IMG/VR virus record: IMGVR_UViG_3300009537_000005 | DNA from: a virus | DNA: 64,000 nt | Direction: 5' to 3' (one strand) | Part shown: in pieces, positions 12,640 to 23,013 of the stretch | Layout of the letters: every line of letters begins with the position of its first letter | Position numbering within the stretch: the first letter of the stretch is position 1 | Notes under the pieces: generated by a model | Databases searched by the model: none | The model's input: only the letters and a program-made list of their open reading frames with translations | Told to the model about the DNA's origin: nothing | Made by a program: the position numbers and the translations under genes

Positions 12640-12831
12640 ATGGATAAATATCCTTGGCATCCCCAACCGGGGAAGTTATGCCTTACATGCGGAGAGGAGG
12701 AATTACAATACAAATGGTTCGGGGTCGGAAAAGCCCACTGTATGCACTGTAAGGCATGTAAATCTGCGTGGTGGGCCAGAACAGAAAACGAGGCTAAACG
12801 TCAGTACAAAGATAGCCAAGGCGAGGAATAA
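12640..12831 (+). CDS. small zinc-ribbon protein
   Basis: CxxC...CxxC pairs (CLTCGEE / CMHCKAC). Confidence 0.35.
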   Translation: MDKYPWHPQPGKLCLTCGEEELQYKWFGVGKAHCMHCKACKSAWWARTENEAKRQYKDSQGEE

Positions 12832-12851
12832 AAATTTTAAAACGGGAGGAC

Positions 12852-14168
12852 ATGTATGTGTCGGAGCTAAGAAGACATAGAGACCTCAGTGAGACGGTCT
12901 TCGGCCTCGTGCTTGAGGAAAAAATAGAAGCTCAAGATGTGGATGGACAAATGCTTGTCTATCCGTACAATAGAGCGATTGGAGATTTACCCGACGCAGA
13001 CGCCGCAGAACTGAGTCTAAAGTATGGACACGAAGCAATACATGCGGCAATGGAAGCGGCAAAGAATACCAATGGTATTCCGCCCAACAAATGGGTCGAA
13101 CAGTTGGTAATTACGTTCCGAGATTATAAAGTCGTTAACTTAATGGGACGTGTGACCAAGAAAATAAATCAGGGAGAGGATGTAGATTGGGTTTCGGAAC
13201 TTGGTGCGCTGGAACAACTAACCGAGCCAGTCAGTACCGAGCCATTGTCGTGGGCAGACCTCCAAGGAGAATTCAGTCACGAGTGGATGTGGAACGGATG
13301 GATACCACGCAACGAAATGACGTTGTTAGTAGGATGGCAAGAAGCAGGTAAGTCGGCAGTAGCACTATCACTGGTAGATGCGTTTGTAAACGAATCGCCC
13401 CTACCAGACGGGTCATTTTGTCCGTGTCCTACCAACGTCCTTTGGATTGAGACGGAAGGGAGACACAGCGAAAACGTACACCGATCCAGAGAGTGGGAAA
13501 TTAGAGCGGATAAAATATTCTCGCCCACTGGTGATAGCAGAAAAGTTATAGACCTGACACAGCCAGACGATAAGGCAATCATTAGAGCACACGCAATGAA
13601 GCCAGAAATTGGACTGATTGTGATAGACAGCTTAGGCGGGTCATTGATGGACGAAAACGCCGGCGAAGCCAAGAAAATTTTACAGGAGACGGCGAAACTT
13701 GCGCAAGAAACCAGAACAACTATGCTTCTTATTCATCACTTGCGGAAACCGCAGGGAAAGGAGAAAGGAACGAGACCAACACTTCACATGGTTCGTGGAC
13801 ACAGTGGCATTACTCAGTTTGCGCCAAGTGTCATTGCAATTGAGCACGACCCTGACTTGCCTTATAGAACCCTGTTTTCTCTAAAAAACAACTTTATCGA
13901 GAAGCCAAGGGACATCGAGTTTACAATCGGCCCGTTGGGACCAGTATTCGGAGCCAACACAGCAAGTGCGGTTCAAAAGGCAATACGAGACGAGTTCGTA
14001 GACTGGCTAGAAACGATAGATCAACCAATACAATCTAAAGACCTAGTGCGGAAGGCACAGGCGGAGGGACACGAGAAAGAGACGATTAAGCTGGCGTTAA
14101 AGCACCCAAGAGTGCAAGTATCACGACATAACGGATTAACTTTCATATCGACTAAGGAGATAACATGA
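12852..14168 (+). CDS. RecA-fold replicative helicase (DnaB/RepA-like), primase-associated
   Basis: Walker A GWQEAGKSAVAL, Walker B LIVIDSLG, RKPQGKEKG arginine-finger region; sits next to the primase. Confidence 0.55.
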   Translation: MYVSELRRHRDLSETVFGLVLEEKIEAQDVDGQMLVYPYNRAIGDLPDADAAELSLKYGHEAIHAAMEAAKNTNGIPPNKWVEQLVITFRDYKVVNLMGRVTKKINQGEDVDWVSELGALEQLTEPVSTEPLSWADLQGEFSHEWMWNGWIPRNEMTLLVGWQEAGKSAVALSLVDAFVNESPLPDGSFCPCPTNVLWIETEGRHSENVHRSREWEIRADKIFSPTGDSRKVIDLTQPDDKAIIRAHAMKPEIGLIVIDSLGGSLMDENAGEAKKILQETAKLAQETRTTMLLIHHLRKPQGKEKGTRPTLHMVRGHSGITQFAPSVIAIEHDPDLPYRTLFSLKNNFIEKPRDIEFTIGPLGPVFGANTASAVQKAIRDEFVDWLETIDQPIQSKDLVRKAQAEGHEKETIKLALKHPRVQVSRHNGLTFISTKEIT

Positions 14169-14959
14169 CTAGGGTAATAGATAGCCCATCGGCAGGAACA
14201 AGAGGAGACGGAACGGTTAAGGTTGTGGACAATCATAACGTTCGAATTGTAATCGTAGACAAGGAAAAGAAGTCACACGAATTCAATCTGACTTACGACC
14301 AAGGCGTCAACATGGTAAGTATTGGCGACTGGCCTCTTCAGTCCATTGAGGATGTAAACATCAAGATGACGCCAGACTTGGACGACATTGAGACGATTAG
14401 TCCACGTAACGGAGTCTTCTACGTAGAGTTTGATGTGTTTGGCGCAGAGCCAGGCAAGCTCCCCACAATTAGGTACAAAGAAGAGGGCAAACCATTCCCA
14501 GCCGCCAAGTGGGAGAACCCGGAGCGTTACCTGAGCTATCCGCTGTACAAGATTTTGGCAGTCGGACCATACCCAGATGACAGTCCGTACATTGGTATGA
14601 CCATCATGGACTTCCTAACATACGAGTGGGAATGGGACGAGAACCTAGAAGAGTGGCTGATCGTTGGCAGTAAGCGCCGAAAGTGGCACGAACACTTACT
14701 ATCATTCCTGGATGTGTTTGGGTATGACCTACAACACGACACACTAGGGATGGGAGAAATGTACGATGCTGGCGGCCCCGCCGAAATTCCCAACATTCTG
14801 CCGGAACTGGAAGGTATTTTGCAAGAACGAGGACGACTAGCAATTGTAGAGATGGAGAATGGTTGGATACAGTCTGACTCAATTAAGCGAGCCCAGGCCG
14901 GAATGACAAAAGAAAGACTTCGGAGCATTGTTAGCGGCGACGAAGGCCAGCCAGAGTAA
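14165..14959 (+). CDS. hypothetical protein
   Basis: ORF track; ATGA overlap with the helicase. Confidence 0.45.
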   Translation: MTRVIDSPSAGTRGDGTVKVVDNHNVRIVIVDKEKKSHEFNLTYDQGVNMVSIGDWPLQSIEDVNIKMTPDLDDIETISPRNGVFYVEFDVFGAEPGKLPTIRYKEEGKPFPAAKWENPERYLSYPLYKILAVGPYPDDSPYIGMTIMDFLTYEWEWDENLEEWLIVGSKRRKWHEHLLSFLDVFGYDLQHDTLGMGEMYDAGGPAEIPNILPELEGILQERGRLAIVEMENGWIQSDSIKRAQAGMTKERLRSIVSGDEGQPE

Positions 14960-16616
14960 GGAAATGAGAGAGCTTCCACGCGAGGCGAAACCCAATGAAT
15001 TGGTCAGCATCGACATCGAAATGTTTGGAATGTCAAAACCACATCGAGCAGACGGAACATTCGCTTCGATGTCGATTGCGTACCCCAATGGTGACGCTTA
15101 TTTGGTTACTGACGAACAACGAATTCGACCCGCACTTGACCGGATCAATCCGGGCGTGTGGGTTATGCAAAATGCCTTATTCGACCTGCGTATACTGCGG
15201 CGCTATACAGAAGTTTCCCAACGATTCGTTCACGATACAATGGTGGTCGAGCAGGACCTCTTTGGCGGGTGGTATAGTAGGTTTGATTTACAAAATTTGG
15301 CTCGTCGCTGGCTTGGCCTTTATGTCGATAAAAACATCCGTAAAAAATTTGAAAAGACGTCTGTCCTAACACCAGAGATGAAACAGTATTCTTTGGACGA
15401 CGCCATCTATACTGTACGGGTGGCGCAAAAGCAAAGGGAATATATTTACAAAGTATATGACGGAGAAATACCGTGGTACACAGAGATTGACGAACCCGCA
15501 ATTTGGGCCATTCTGGATATGCAACCAATCCCAGTAGATGTAGACGGATGGATTGCTTATGCAAAGACCAAAACAGCCGAAGCACTTGAGAGACAAGAGG
15601 CAATTGGTTTTAACGTCAACTCCCACAAGATTGTTAAGATAGAAATAGAAACACTACTTGGACGTAGAATCAAGAACACGAACGAGAAGAAGACATTAAC
15701 ACCACTGTTAATGAAGTTAGACTCAGAACATCCGGCGGCACTGTTTATTCGAGAAGTCATAGCAGTGAGGAAATTACGAAAGGCTGCTGATACGTACGGT
15801 ATGTCGTGGTTAAAGGATGTAGAGGATGGTCTAGTCTATCCATCGTGGTGGATAACGGGCGCAGAAACGGGACGAATGGCGTGCTCTGATCCTAACATGC
15901 AGAATGTACCAGTGCGGACAGACCCAACGTATAGAACATTCTTCCCGGCCTTACCAGGCCACGTAGTGCAGGTATCAGATGTGTCTCAGCAAGAACCGGG
16001 GTTCAGTGCCCTATTGAGTGGAGACAGAGTGCTTCTAGACGAAATAGAGCGCGGAGTTAAGGGGCATCAAGTTACAGCCGAGCACTTCAATGTAGACTAT
16101 GATACCGGTAAGGCCATCAATCTTGCATTAAACTACGGAATGACGGGATATGGACTGTCTGCTACGGTTGGCATTTCAAAAGAAGCGGCCGAGGCCGGTA
16201 TTCTAAAAAGAGACCGCCACTATCGAACGATGACGGCGTGGCGCAAGAAGAAAATTAGCGAGGCTAGACGTACTTATCATGTACGCACAGTGACAGGACG
16301 ACCGGTATGGGTAAATCCCTACAATCAAAGTGGACAGTGGGAACGTAACGCACAAAATGGTCCTATTCAAGGGTCGGCGGCAGACCACACCAAGTTAGCT
16401 TTAGTAAATTTACATCAGAAGTGCAAGAAAGAAGGGTTACCATTCATGGTGACACACGTAGTACATGACGAGATAGTTCAGCAGGCACCGCTGCCGAAAG
16501 ACAAGTTGTATGCTAGTACGATGAAGGAAGCGTGGGACAAATCTAGTCAGAGACTAGCACCGGGAATAAACATCACCGCCAATATAGTACAAGGAGAAAC
16601 GTGGGGGGTGAAATGA
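14928..16616 (+). CDS. family A DNA polymerase (PolA-like) with an N-terminal 3'-5' exonuclease
   Basis: Exo I SIDIEMFG; Pol motif A RRWLGLYVDKN-like; motif B KAINLALNYGMTGYGLS; motif C VVHDEIV. Confidence 0.85.
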   Translation: MLAATKASQSKEMRELPREAKPNELVSIDIEMFGMSKPHRADGTFASMSIAYPNGDAYLVTDEQRIRPALDRINPGVWVMQNALFDLRILRRYTEVSQRFVHDTMVVEQDLFGGWYSRFDLQNLARRWLGLYVDKNIRKKFEKTSVLTPEMKQYSLDDAIYTVRVAQKQREYIYKVYDGEIPWYTEIDEPAIWAILDMQPIPVDVDGWIAYAKTKTAEALERQEAIGFNVNSHKIVKIEIETLLGRRIKNTNEKKTLTPLLMKLDSEHPAALFIREVIAVRKLRKAADTYGMSWLKDVEDGLVYPSWWITGAETGRMACSDPNMQNVPVRTDPTYRTFFPALPGHVVQVSDVSQQEPGFSALLSGDRVLLDEIERGVKGHQVTAEHFNVDYDTGKAINLALNYGMTGYGLSATVGISKEAAEAGILKRDRHYRTMTAWRKKKISEARRTYHVRTVTGRPVWVNPYNQSGQWERNAQNGPIQGSAADHTKLALVNLHQKCKKEGLPFMVTHVVHDEIVQQAPLPKDKLYASTMKEAWDKSSQRLAPGINITANIVQGETWGVK

Positions 16617-17113
16617 ACGAGTGCGCAGGCTGTGGACGATATATTCTAGAGCCAGAAGGTCCGCCGGATGCAGACATCTTAATCGTCGGTGATGCGCCCA
16701 ATCAATATGACTTACACGAAGGCAGACTGTGGACAGGAGATTTCGGCGATTTGTTGCGAAGTGAACTGCGAAAACAGGGGATAGTCTATAAAAATTGTAG
16801 GGTGACGAACATGTGGCGTCATCCCAAGAATAGTAACTGTGACTTTGAGAAATACCATATTAATTCGCTGCTTAGCGAGATGGAACACCGACCCGCTCTC
16901 TTACTACTCGGTGCGGAAACGGTTACTTATTTTACGGGCTATGGAGTTAGCGAGGTAAGCGGTTTGCGGGTAGATACTTTGCCCCAGAGGAAGTATCTCG
17001 TTCCGAAAAGTGCGGGTATGGTATTTGCCTTATTCAACCCAGCAATTGTTTTACATGAAAAACTAGGTGAAATAAGACACGGACTAACAAAATTTGCGGA
17101 AGCGATAAGATGA
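16601..17113 (+). CDS. uracil-DNA glycosylase family 4-like protein
   Basis: GPPDADILIVGDAPNQYDLHEGRLWTGDFGDLL matches the family-4 UDG GxGP...ExPG..ED..G.PF.G..G.LL signature; overlaps the polA 3' end. Confidence 0.65.
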   Translation: MGGEMNECAGCGRYILEPEGPPDADILIVGDAPNQYDLHEGRLWTGDFGDLLRSELRKQGIVYKNCRVTNMWRHPKNSNCDFEKYHINSLLSEMEHRPALLLLGAETVTYFTGYGVSEVSGLRVDTLPQRKYLVPKSAGMVFALFNPAIVLHEKLGEIRHGLTKFAEAIR

Positions 17114-17760
17114 CAGATATTGGGCATGCTCACGACCAAATAATGGTTGTGCCAGATAAATTCGTTCAGAAAATGAACGCCGAAATTGACGAAGTAATGA
17201 AAAGTGCCAAGGAGTCGGGCGATCCCACCCCAGCATTAGATTTTGCGGCGTCGCTGGCGGCCACTGGCTATTTGCGGGGGATTCAATTAGCCCGACTTCT
17301 GTATGAACTAGACGAGGCGTGGTCGGAATTTAGCACAGATGACGCTGTAGAAGATGCGGTGTTTAAGCACATGGGTATTGCGAATCAGACGTTTGGTAAG
17401 TATAGTAGGATGTATCGCTATGTGCTAAAGGACCGCCCACGTCTCGTTGGGAAACCCATTCGCGGTCTCATAGGACTAATAGCCGCCGCACGAGACGAGG
17501 AGTTTGACGACGATGATTGGGAAGACATATATGATGCTATCGACGTGGCCAGTATGCTGGCCGTTAGGAATAGAGTACGAGGCGTTCAAACGTCCGGTCA
17601 TTCTCGTATCGTTATTGAGCATGCTAGAGATGGCTACGTTAGAGCCCGTAGGGGAGACGAAACAGAAGAACTGGGGTTCTTAACACGTAAACCGAAGACA
17701 GACTTAGGGCGACGTGCGTTAGATCGTATACAACGCGGGTCGGGAATGGTGGAAAGATGA
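17110..17760 (+). CDS. hypothetical protein
   Basis: ORF track; ATGA overlap. Confidence 0.45.
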   Translation: MTDIGHAHDQIMVVPDKFVQKMNAEIDEVMKSAKESGDPTPALDFAASLAATGYLRGIQLARLLYELDEAWSEFSTDDAVEDAVFKHMGIANQTFGKYSRMYRYVLKDRPRLVGKPIRGLIGLIAAARDEEFDDDDWEDIYDAIDVASMLAVRNRVRGVQTSGHSRIVIEHARDGYVRARRGDETEELGFLTRKPKTDLGRRALDRIQRGSGMVER

Positions 17761-17898
17761 GCATAGTAATTTGTTCTGCGTGCGATAAGCGAATTGATTT
17801 AGACTTTGTTTCTGACATAATCTGGATAAGATACAGACCGTATCATTTTGATTGCGCCGACGAGTTGGGCCTGTTAAATGAAGATGGAGAACCCATAG

Positions 17899-18888
17899 AT
17901 GACGACGAAAGAGGTTAAACCCATTGATGAGATTGTGATTATCGGGGATACGTACCCCGTTGTGCGCTTACCTCTCGGTCTTTACTCGATTGATAAAGCG
18001 TTTGGATTTAAAGGCGTCGATGGACTACCACTACGTTCAGTTGTGGAACTCTATGGTCCAAGTCACTCCGGAAAAACTACATTCGCTCTCGACATAGCGG
18101 CGAAAGTAAACCCGGAAGGAGAAATTTGGTATGCCGATTTGGAAGGGACGCTTGACAAAGAATACGCCCGAGAGGTCGTTCACACAGCGGGTTTTCGGGG
18201 CACATTACGAATCACTGACTACACGGAGGAAAAGAAAGGTAAGATTGTTATGCGCTCGCATGAGATACAGGTTCAAGAGGCTATTGAGGCGATGGCAAGA
18301 CCGGAAGTCTCGGCGGGGATATTAGACAGCATCGGTGCTTTCTTTACTGTTGTGGAGGCTGGTAAAGATTTGGGCGAGCGAACGATGGGTCAGCGAGCCA
18401 AAACAATTGCGGATGCTTCTCGTTGGCTATCGGCTGGACTACGCGTTGTGGAAGACCCTAAGCTCTTCGTCTATATTAATCACACCCACCCAAATATCGG
18501 AGGCCGTGGATTTATCACTCCGGGCGGCGAAACTAAAACGTATATTGCGAACACTAGAGTGTGGATCAGAGTTGTGGACAGTGACCGCCCGACAGCCACA
18601 GGAAATTTTCTCGCAGAAGCCAAAGTCCAAAAACTAAAACACGGCGGAACGCATGCTGAACGCAAGGGATGGATATATTTTATACCTGGATATGGAGTGG
18701 CACGAGGCATGACTGCCGTGTTCGATTGTTACAAGTATGGATTGGCTGACTTGGGTAACGTAGTACGGCTCGACGGTGAAAGTCATGGACGAATGAGACA
18801 ACTCGTAGATGCAGAAGTAAACGGAGAGCGCGAAGTGTTTGAGCCATTTCACGCGGCTTTGAAAGGACTAGACAATGATAAAGATTAG
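17899..18888 (+). CDS. RecA-like recombinase (RecA/Sak4/UvsX fold)
   Basis: Walker A LYGPSHSGKTTFAL (compare RecA GPESSGKTT), Walker B-like ILDS. Confidence 0.65.
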   Translation: MTTKEVKPIDEIVIIGDTYPVVRLPLGLYSIDKAFGFKGVDGLPLRSVVELYGPSHSGKTTFALDIAAKVNPEGEIWYADLEGTLDKEYAREVVHTAGFRGTLRITDYTEEKKGKIVMRSHEIQVQEAIEAMARPEVSAGILDSIGAFFTVVEAGKDLGERTMGQRAKTIADASRWLSAGLRVVEDPKLFVYINHTHPNIGGRGFITPGGETKTYIANTRVWIRVVDSDRPTATGNFLAEAKVQKLKHGGTHAERKGWIYFIPGYGVARGMTAVFDCYKYGLADLGNVVRLDGESHGRMRQLVDAEVNGEREVFEPFHAALKGLDNDKD

Positions 18889-19594
18889 TAACTCGGCGCT
18901 GCAACAATTCCTATCGGGATGCCCCGGTCGGCTAAAATACTTTCAGGAGTATAAGTTGAAAGAGCAGTACCTACCGAGACACATGAAGTTTGGAATTGAA
19001 GTACACAGACTTGTGGAAGATGGCTTACCAGCACGAGCATATGAGCACGGTATAGACCCAGTGGCAGCTGACATTGCTCGTAAGATGATAAAGGTGCTGA
19101 AGAAGCAAGGTTACGAAATACTAGATCGAGAAGTGTGGCACCATGCTCCGTTGACTGACGAGATAGAAGTCGTGGGTGTAATAGATATTGTTGCTAGAAA
19201 CATAGATGGGATTCCAGTTTTGATAGACCTAAAAACTGGAGCTAGACAGTGGGTCAAACTAAAGCAAACGTCCGGAGAACTTCGTATACCAAAGGCGGAG
19301 ACGTTTCAAGCTCCCATTTATTTAACTGCTCCATATGAAGACCCATACTTCAACGGAGAATGGCCGCAACGATTGGACTATTTGATGGTTCCGAACGATG
19401 GACGAACAAAGATACATCCTTTCTATGAAAGCGACGACGCCAGAGACAACCTAATTCAGGCTTGTGAACTACTCAAAGCCTCAGAAGACGCCGGATATTT
19501 CGTTCTCAATAGGGGCTGGTTATGTGGAGATTGCGACTGGCGGCGACTGTGTTGGAAACAACCAAATTGGAAGAGATATTATGACGAAAGATAG
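18875..19594 (+). CDS. PD-(D/E)XK nuclease with a Cas4-like Cys cluster (RecB-family exonuclease)
   Basis: VIDIVA...LIDLKTG (D...D-x-K), QAPIYL (QxxxY), N-terminal Cys plus C-terminal CGDCDWRRLC (4-Cys Fe-S-type). Confidence 0.55.
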   Translation: MIKISNSALQQFLSGCPGRLKYFQEYKLKEQYLPRHMKFGIEVHRLVEDGLPARAYEHGIDPVAADIARKMIKVLKKQGYEILDREVWHHAPLTDEIEVVGVIDIVARNIDGIPVLIDLKTGARQWVKLKQTSGELRIPKAETFQAPIYLTAPYEDPYFNGEWPQRLDYLMVPNDGRTKIHPFYESDDARDNLIQACELLKASEDAGYFVLNRGWLCGDCDWRRLCWKQPNWKRYYDER

Positions 19595-19772
19595 AGCGAG
19601 ATGCGAAGGGTGTGGTTTCTTCCCGTTCGTAGAGGACTTAGAACTTGAAGACGCCGTGGAAATTTATCCTGAAACATGGGAAATGACTTATAGTCATTAT
19701 ATACAAATAGCGATAGATGATTTTCGACGCTGTGGGCCAGTTGTAATCTATGGAGAAGACGATGAACATTAA
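19581..19772 (+). CDS. hypothetical small protein (ORF track lists 19464..19772; ATG 19581 avoids the overlap)
   Basis: In-frame ATG giving an ATGA-type junction with the nuclease gene; CEGCG motif. Confidence 0.3.
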   Translation: MTKDRARCEGCGFFPFVEDLELEDAVEIYPETWEMTYSHYIQIAIDDFRRCGPVVIYGEDDEH

Positions 19773-20193
19773 TTGGCGCAAATGGTTATGTAGACTAGAC
19801 ATTCAGCACCGATGGGATCGGCATAGAGACATCCTTGGTCCACAGAGGGGAGCCACGAAAACTTGTTTGCGATGTGGACGAAGCGTAAAGTGGGTCTATG
19901 GGTGGGTCAATGGCAGGCAAGAGTTAGGAATGTACTGGTGCTCTGAAAAGGACGCTCCTTTAGTAGGTGGATGGATAGCAGGAAACATACTCTTCGCCAT
20001 GATACTTGGCACCATCTGTCATTTTACCAAGTTTATGCCCGAGACGTCGTGGTGGCAACATGTAGGTATGTTTATCTTGGCTCCAGTCATCCTGGTAGTC
20101 TTTTTTCTGGTCTTTACAGGACTCGCTCTGGGTGTAAGTTGTGTATTTAGTCAAGGGTGGAAGCGATTTAATGAATGGTTGAACAATGCCTGA
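19750..20193 (+). CDS. hypothetical membrane protein
   Basis: Two or three predicted TM helices (ILFAMILGTICHF; FILAPVILVVFFLVFTGLALGV). Confidence 0.4.
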   Translation: MEKTMNINWRKWLCRLDIQHRWDRHRDILGPQRGATKTCLRCGRSVKWVYGWVNGRQELGMYWCSEKDAPLVGGWIAGNILFAMILGTICHFTKFMPETSWWQHVGMFILAPVILVVFFLVFTGLALGVSCVFSQGWKRFNEWLNNA

Positions 20194-20217
20194 CCAAACG
20201 CACGTGGAGGTGGCAAG

Positions 20218-20544
20218 ATGAGCGACACTGTTTTTAAGGCATTCGAAAGATGGGTATGCAAAATATTCGGCGGAGAAAGGTGGTGGGAAGCCCCAGAAGA
20301 ATGTAAAGGTACTGATCCCTTCGCTCCAGAAGCAAAATATCGCAAACGTATACCCAATTGGTTAGAAGACATGGTGCTGCAAGCAGAGCGACAAGCTCGT
20401 GATGACCAATTGCCACTTGTAGTATTGGGGGAACGACAAAGAAAACGTATTGATAGTTTAGTAATAATCCGGCTAATCGACTTTATTGATTGGTACGTCG
20501 GTTGGCATACCGAACCAGAGGCCGTAGACTCTGACGACACATAA
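20218..20544 (+). CDS. hypothetical protein
   Basis: ORF track; SD GGAGGTGG. Confidence 0.4.
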   Translation: MSDTVFKAFERWVCKIFGGERWWEAPEECKGTDPFAPEAKYRKRIPNWLEDMVLQAERQARDDQLPLVVLGERQRKRIDSLVIIRLIDFIDWYVGWHTEPEAVDSDDT

Positions 20545-20560
20545 TAAAGGAGGAAAATCT

Positions 20561-20911
20561 ATGGACGGTTTCGTACCAGAGCTAGTCTTGGGTGGAGTGT
20601 CTGCAATCGTAGGAGTTATCCTACTTGTGGAGAGTCTCAAGCGGCTTGGCGTTGCCAAGAGCGACCCGAAAGAGGGGTGGTTAACATACCAGCGTGCGGC
20701 GCTGTTGTCTGGTGTGGTACTTGGTAGCTTTGCCCTTGTGGCTGACCCCGCGTTCCCTAACGGTCGAGCGGAAATGATTCAGACTATTGCCGAATACCTA
20801 TTCGGAGGCATAGCCTCTGGATTGGCTTACGACCTTGTTGGGGATGCGTTCTTCGCTCGCTTACAGCAGATCGTGGATGCCGTGCTAGGTCGAGTCGGCA
20901 CGGATTTCTAG
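20561..20911 (+). CDS. hypothetical membrane protein
   Basis: TM helices; SD AAAGGAGGAAAA. Confidence 0.4.
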   Translation: MDGFVPELVLGGVSAIVGVILLVESLKRLGVAKSDPKEGWLTYQRAALLSGVVLGSFALVADPAFPNGRAEMIQTIAEYLFGGIASGLAYDLVGDAFFARLQQIVDAVLGRVGTDF

Positions 20912-20966
20912 GCGGTAACATAGGAGCGGGGTTCTACGGCCCCGCCCCGACAACAAAGGAGACTGT

Positions 20967-21680
20967 ATGAGTAATTATTGGACTAAGCAGGAAGAACAAG
21001 AACTTTGGACGTATGTCAATGGACCAACACGACTTCAATATAAAACCGTTGCGCGTTACATGGACCGGTCGGTAGACGCCATTCGCAATAAGGTATTTCA
21101 AATGCGAAAGATGCACGGCAACGACTGGCTTCGTGAAGAAAGGATCGGGTTCTTCGACATCGAGGCGACACACCTAAAGGCAAACATTGGTCAAATGATT
21201 TCGTGGGCCATAAAACCTTTGGGAGAACCAGAGAAGTTCTTTGGTTGGACGCGACATGAAGCAATCCGGTGGGACAAAATGGATCGTCGTATCATGAAGG
21301 AACTAATCAGGGAACTAAAGAATTATGACTTGATTGTAACCTACTACGGAACCGGCTTCGACAACAAATTCATTCGAACCAGAGCCATGATCCTTGGACT
21401 ACCTGGTTTCCCGACGTTTGGACAGCTAAAACACTATGATGTGTACTACTCGGTGAAGAACAAGATGTCTCTACACAGTAATCGCTTGGCTGTAGCTACG
21501 CAAACACTAGGCATCGAGGGTAAAACACCATTACCACCTGAAATATGGGGACCAGGACGATTGGGTTATCCGGACGCCATGGCGTTGATTGAAGAGCACA
21601 ACCGAGAGGACGTAAAAATCCTAGAGGAACTGTACCTCGAGATAATTCCTTATGTCCAAGTTCAACGAAAGTCTATCTAA
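20967..21680 (+). CDS. DnaQ-like (RNase H-fold) 3'-5' exonuclease with an N-terminal HTH-like region
   Basis: Exo I FFDIEAT, YYGTGFDNKF, later HNRED acidic/His motif. Confidence 0.5.
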   Translation: MSNYWTKQEEQELWTYVNGPTRLQYKTVARYMDRSVDAIRNKVFQMRKMHGNDWLREERIGFFDIEATHLKANIGQMISWAIKPLGEPEKFFGWTRHEAIRWDKMDRRIMKELIRELKNYDLIVTYYGTGFDNKFIRTRAMILGLPGFPTFGQLKHYDVYYSVKNKMSLHSNRLAVATQTLGIEGKTPLPPEIWGPGRLGYPDAMALIEEHNREDVKILEELYLEIIPYVQVQRKSI

Positions 21681-21694
21681 GGAAAGGAGGAAAA

Positions 21695-21883
21695 ATGAAC
21701 GGTAAATCTTGGGCCACGGTGCTAACGTCCACGGGGATTGCGGCGCTTGCGCTGCTCGGGATAATCACTGTAGCAACACACCGTATCCCACGGTCATTCG
21801 TGAGTGTGTTATTGCTTACCGGCGGTATCACACTATTAGTCGCCGCTTGGTATAAGAGAGCGGAAGGAGAAGAAGGAGAATGA
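21695..21883 (+). CDS. small membrane protein
   Basis: Two TM helices; ATGA overlap with the next gene. Confidence 0.35.
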   Translation: MNGKSWATVLTSTGIAALALLGIITVATHRIPRSFVSVLLLTGGITLLVAAWYKRAEGEEGE

Positions 21884-22827
21884 AGTACGTTGTGTTACCA
21901 ATTATTGGGGTACTGGTATTGGTGGGGAACGTTGCGTTCTTTAGTTCCTGGAATCCCGTCGAGTACGGTACCGTCGAAGCTGTGACTGAGTACGGAGCGT
22001 TGACTGGAGAAGTATTCAAAGAGGGTTTGAATTGGAAAACACCGTTTATCCAAGGTACCAGAGAATACAGCGTCCTGACACGAACATACGAAACCAGCGA
22101 ACATCCGGAGGAGTCACAAGCTGACTTTACTGACTTTCCGGTGACGGCTCAAACGTCAGATGGACAGCAAATTGAAGTAACCTATACCGCGAAGTTCCGT
22201 ATTGATGAGAGCGATGTGTTGTATGTTCTTCGAAACTGGGGCGATATAAACGAGGTCGTAGAGAATGTAGTCAAAGCCGATAGCCGCTCGTGGTCACGAA
22301 AGTTAGCACAGAACTTCGAAGCCGAGGGGCTGTTCTCAGGTTCGGGTATTCAGGAATACGAAACAAACGTACGTGAAACTTTGACCAGGACCTTTAAGGG
22401 CGCTGGCGTAACGATGGTTGACTTCTTAGTCCGCAAGATTACGTTCGATCCCGACTACGTACAGGCCATCGAAAACCAACAAATTGAGCAAGAACGTATT
22501 CAGACCGCAGAGTTCACGGCGCAAGCCGCTGAGTTCGAGCGAGATGCACAAATCAGGGCGGCAGAGGCCGAGAAGCAACGGGACATTTTGTTGGCAGAAG
22601 CTAACGCCCAGAAGACACTTCTAAACGCCGAGGCTAACGCACAGGCCATTGTTTTAGAGGCCAATGCTCAAGCAGGTGCTATCAGAGTGCAAGGCGAAGC
22701 ACTGAGAAGTTTCAGCGAAATGATGCAGTGGACGTTCCTAGAGCAGTGGAACGGTGTACTGCCCATCTATATGACAGGTGAGTCAATCACCCCACTATTG
22801 CCGTTGGAAGAGATCGGAGGCAATTAA
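21880..22827 (+). CDS. SPFH/band-7 (prohibitin/HflC-like) domain protein
   Basis: N-terminal TM anchor, SPFH-like core and C-terminal Ala/Glu/Gln coiled coil (AQAAEFERDAQIRAAEAEKQR). Confidence 0.55.
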   Translation: MKYVVLPIIGVLVLVGNVAFFSSWNPVEYGTVEAVTEYGALTGEVFKEGLNWKTPFIQGTREYSVLTRTYETSEHPEESQADFTDFPVTAQTSDGQQIEVTYTAKFRIDESDVLYVLRNWGDINEVVENVVKADSRSWSRKLAQNFEAEGLFSGSGIQEYETNVRETLTRTFKGAGVTMVDFLVRKITFDPDYVQAIENQQIEQERIQTAEFTAQAAEFERDAQIRAAEAEKQRDILLAEANAQKTLLNAEANAQAIVLEANAQAGAIRVQGEALRSFSEMMQWTFLEQWNGVLPIYMTGESITPLLPLEEIGGN

Positions 22828-23013
22828 ATGGAGAAAGCTAGAAAGTACCTAGAACGACGAAAGGCTCTGGCCGCAGAGAGACTAGTACTGATTGCTCAGT
22901 ACCAAACAGAAGCAAGAGCCGAAATAGTAGACTTGGCTGATTTGGCTGATAGAATAAAGGACACTGTCCTAATGCTAAAGCGTGTCGTTGATGCAGACAT
23001 AGTTGATGTTTAG
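22828..23013 (+). CDS. hypothetical small protein
   Basis: ORF track; 4-nt convergent overlap with the minus-strand gene. Confidence 0.3.
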   Translation: MEKARKYLERRKALAAERLVLIAQYQTEARAEIVDLADLADRIKDTVLMLKRVVDADIVDV

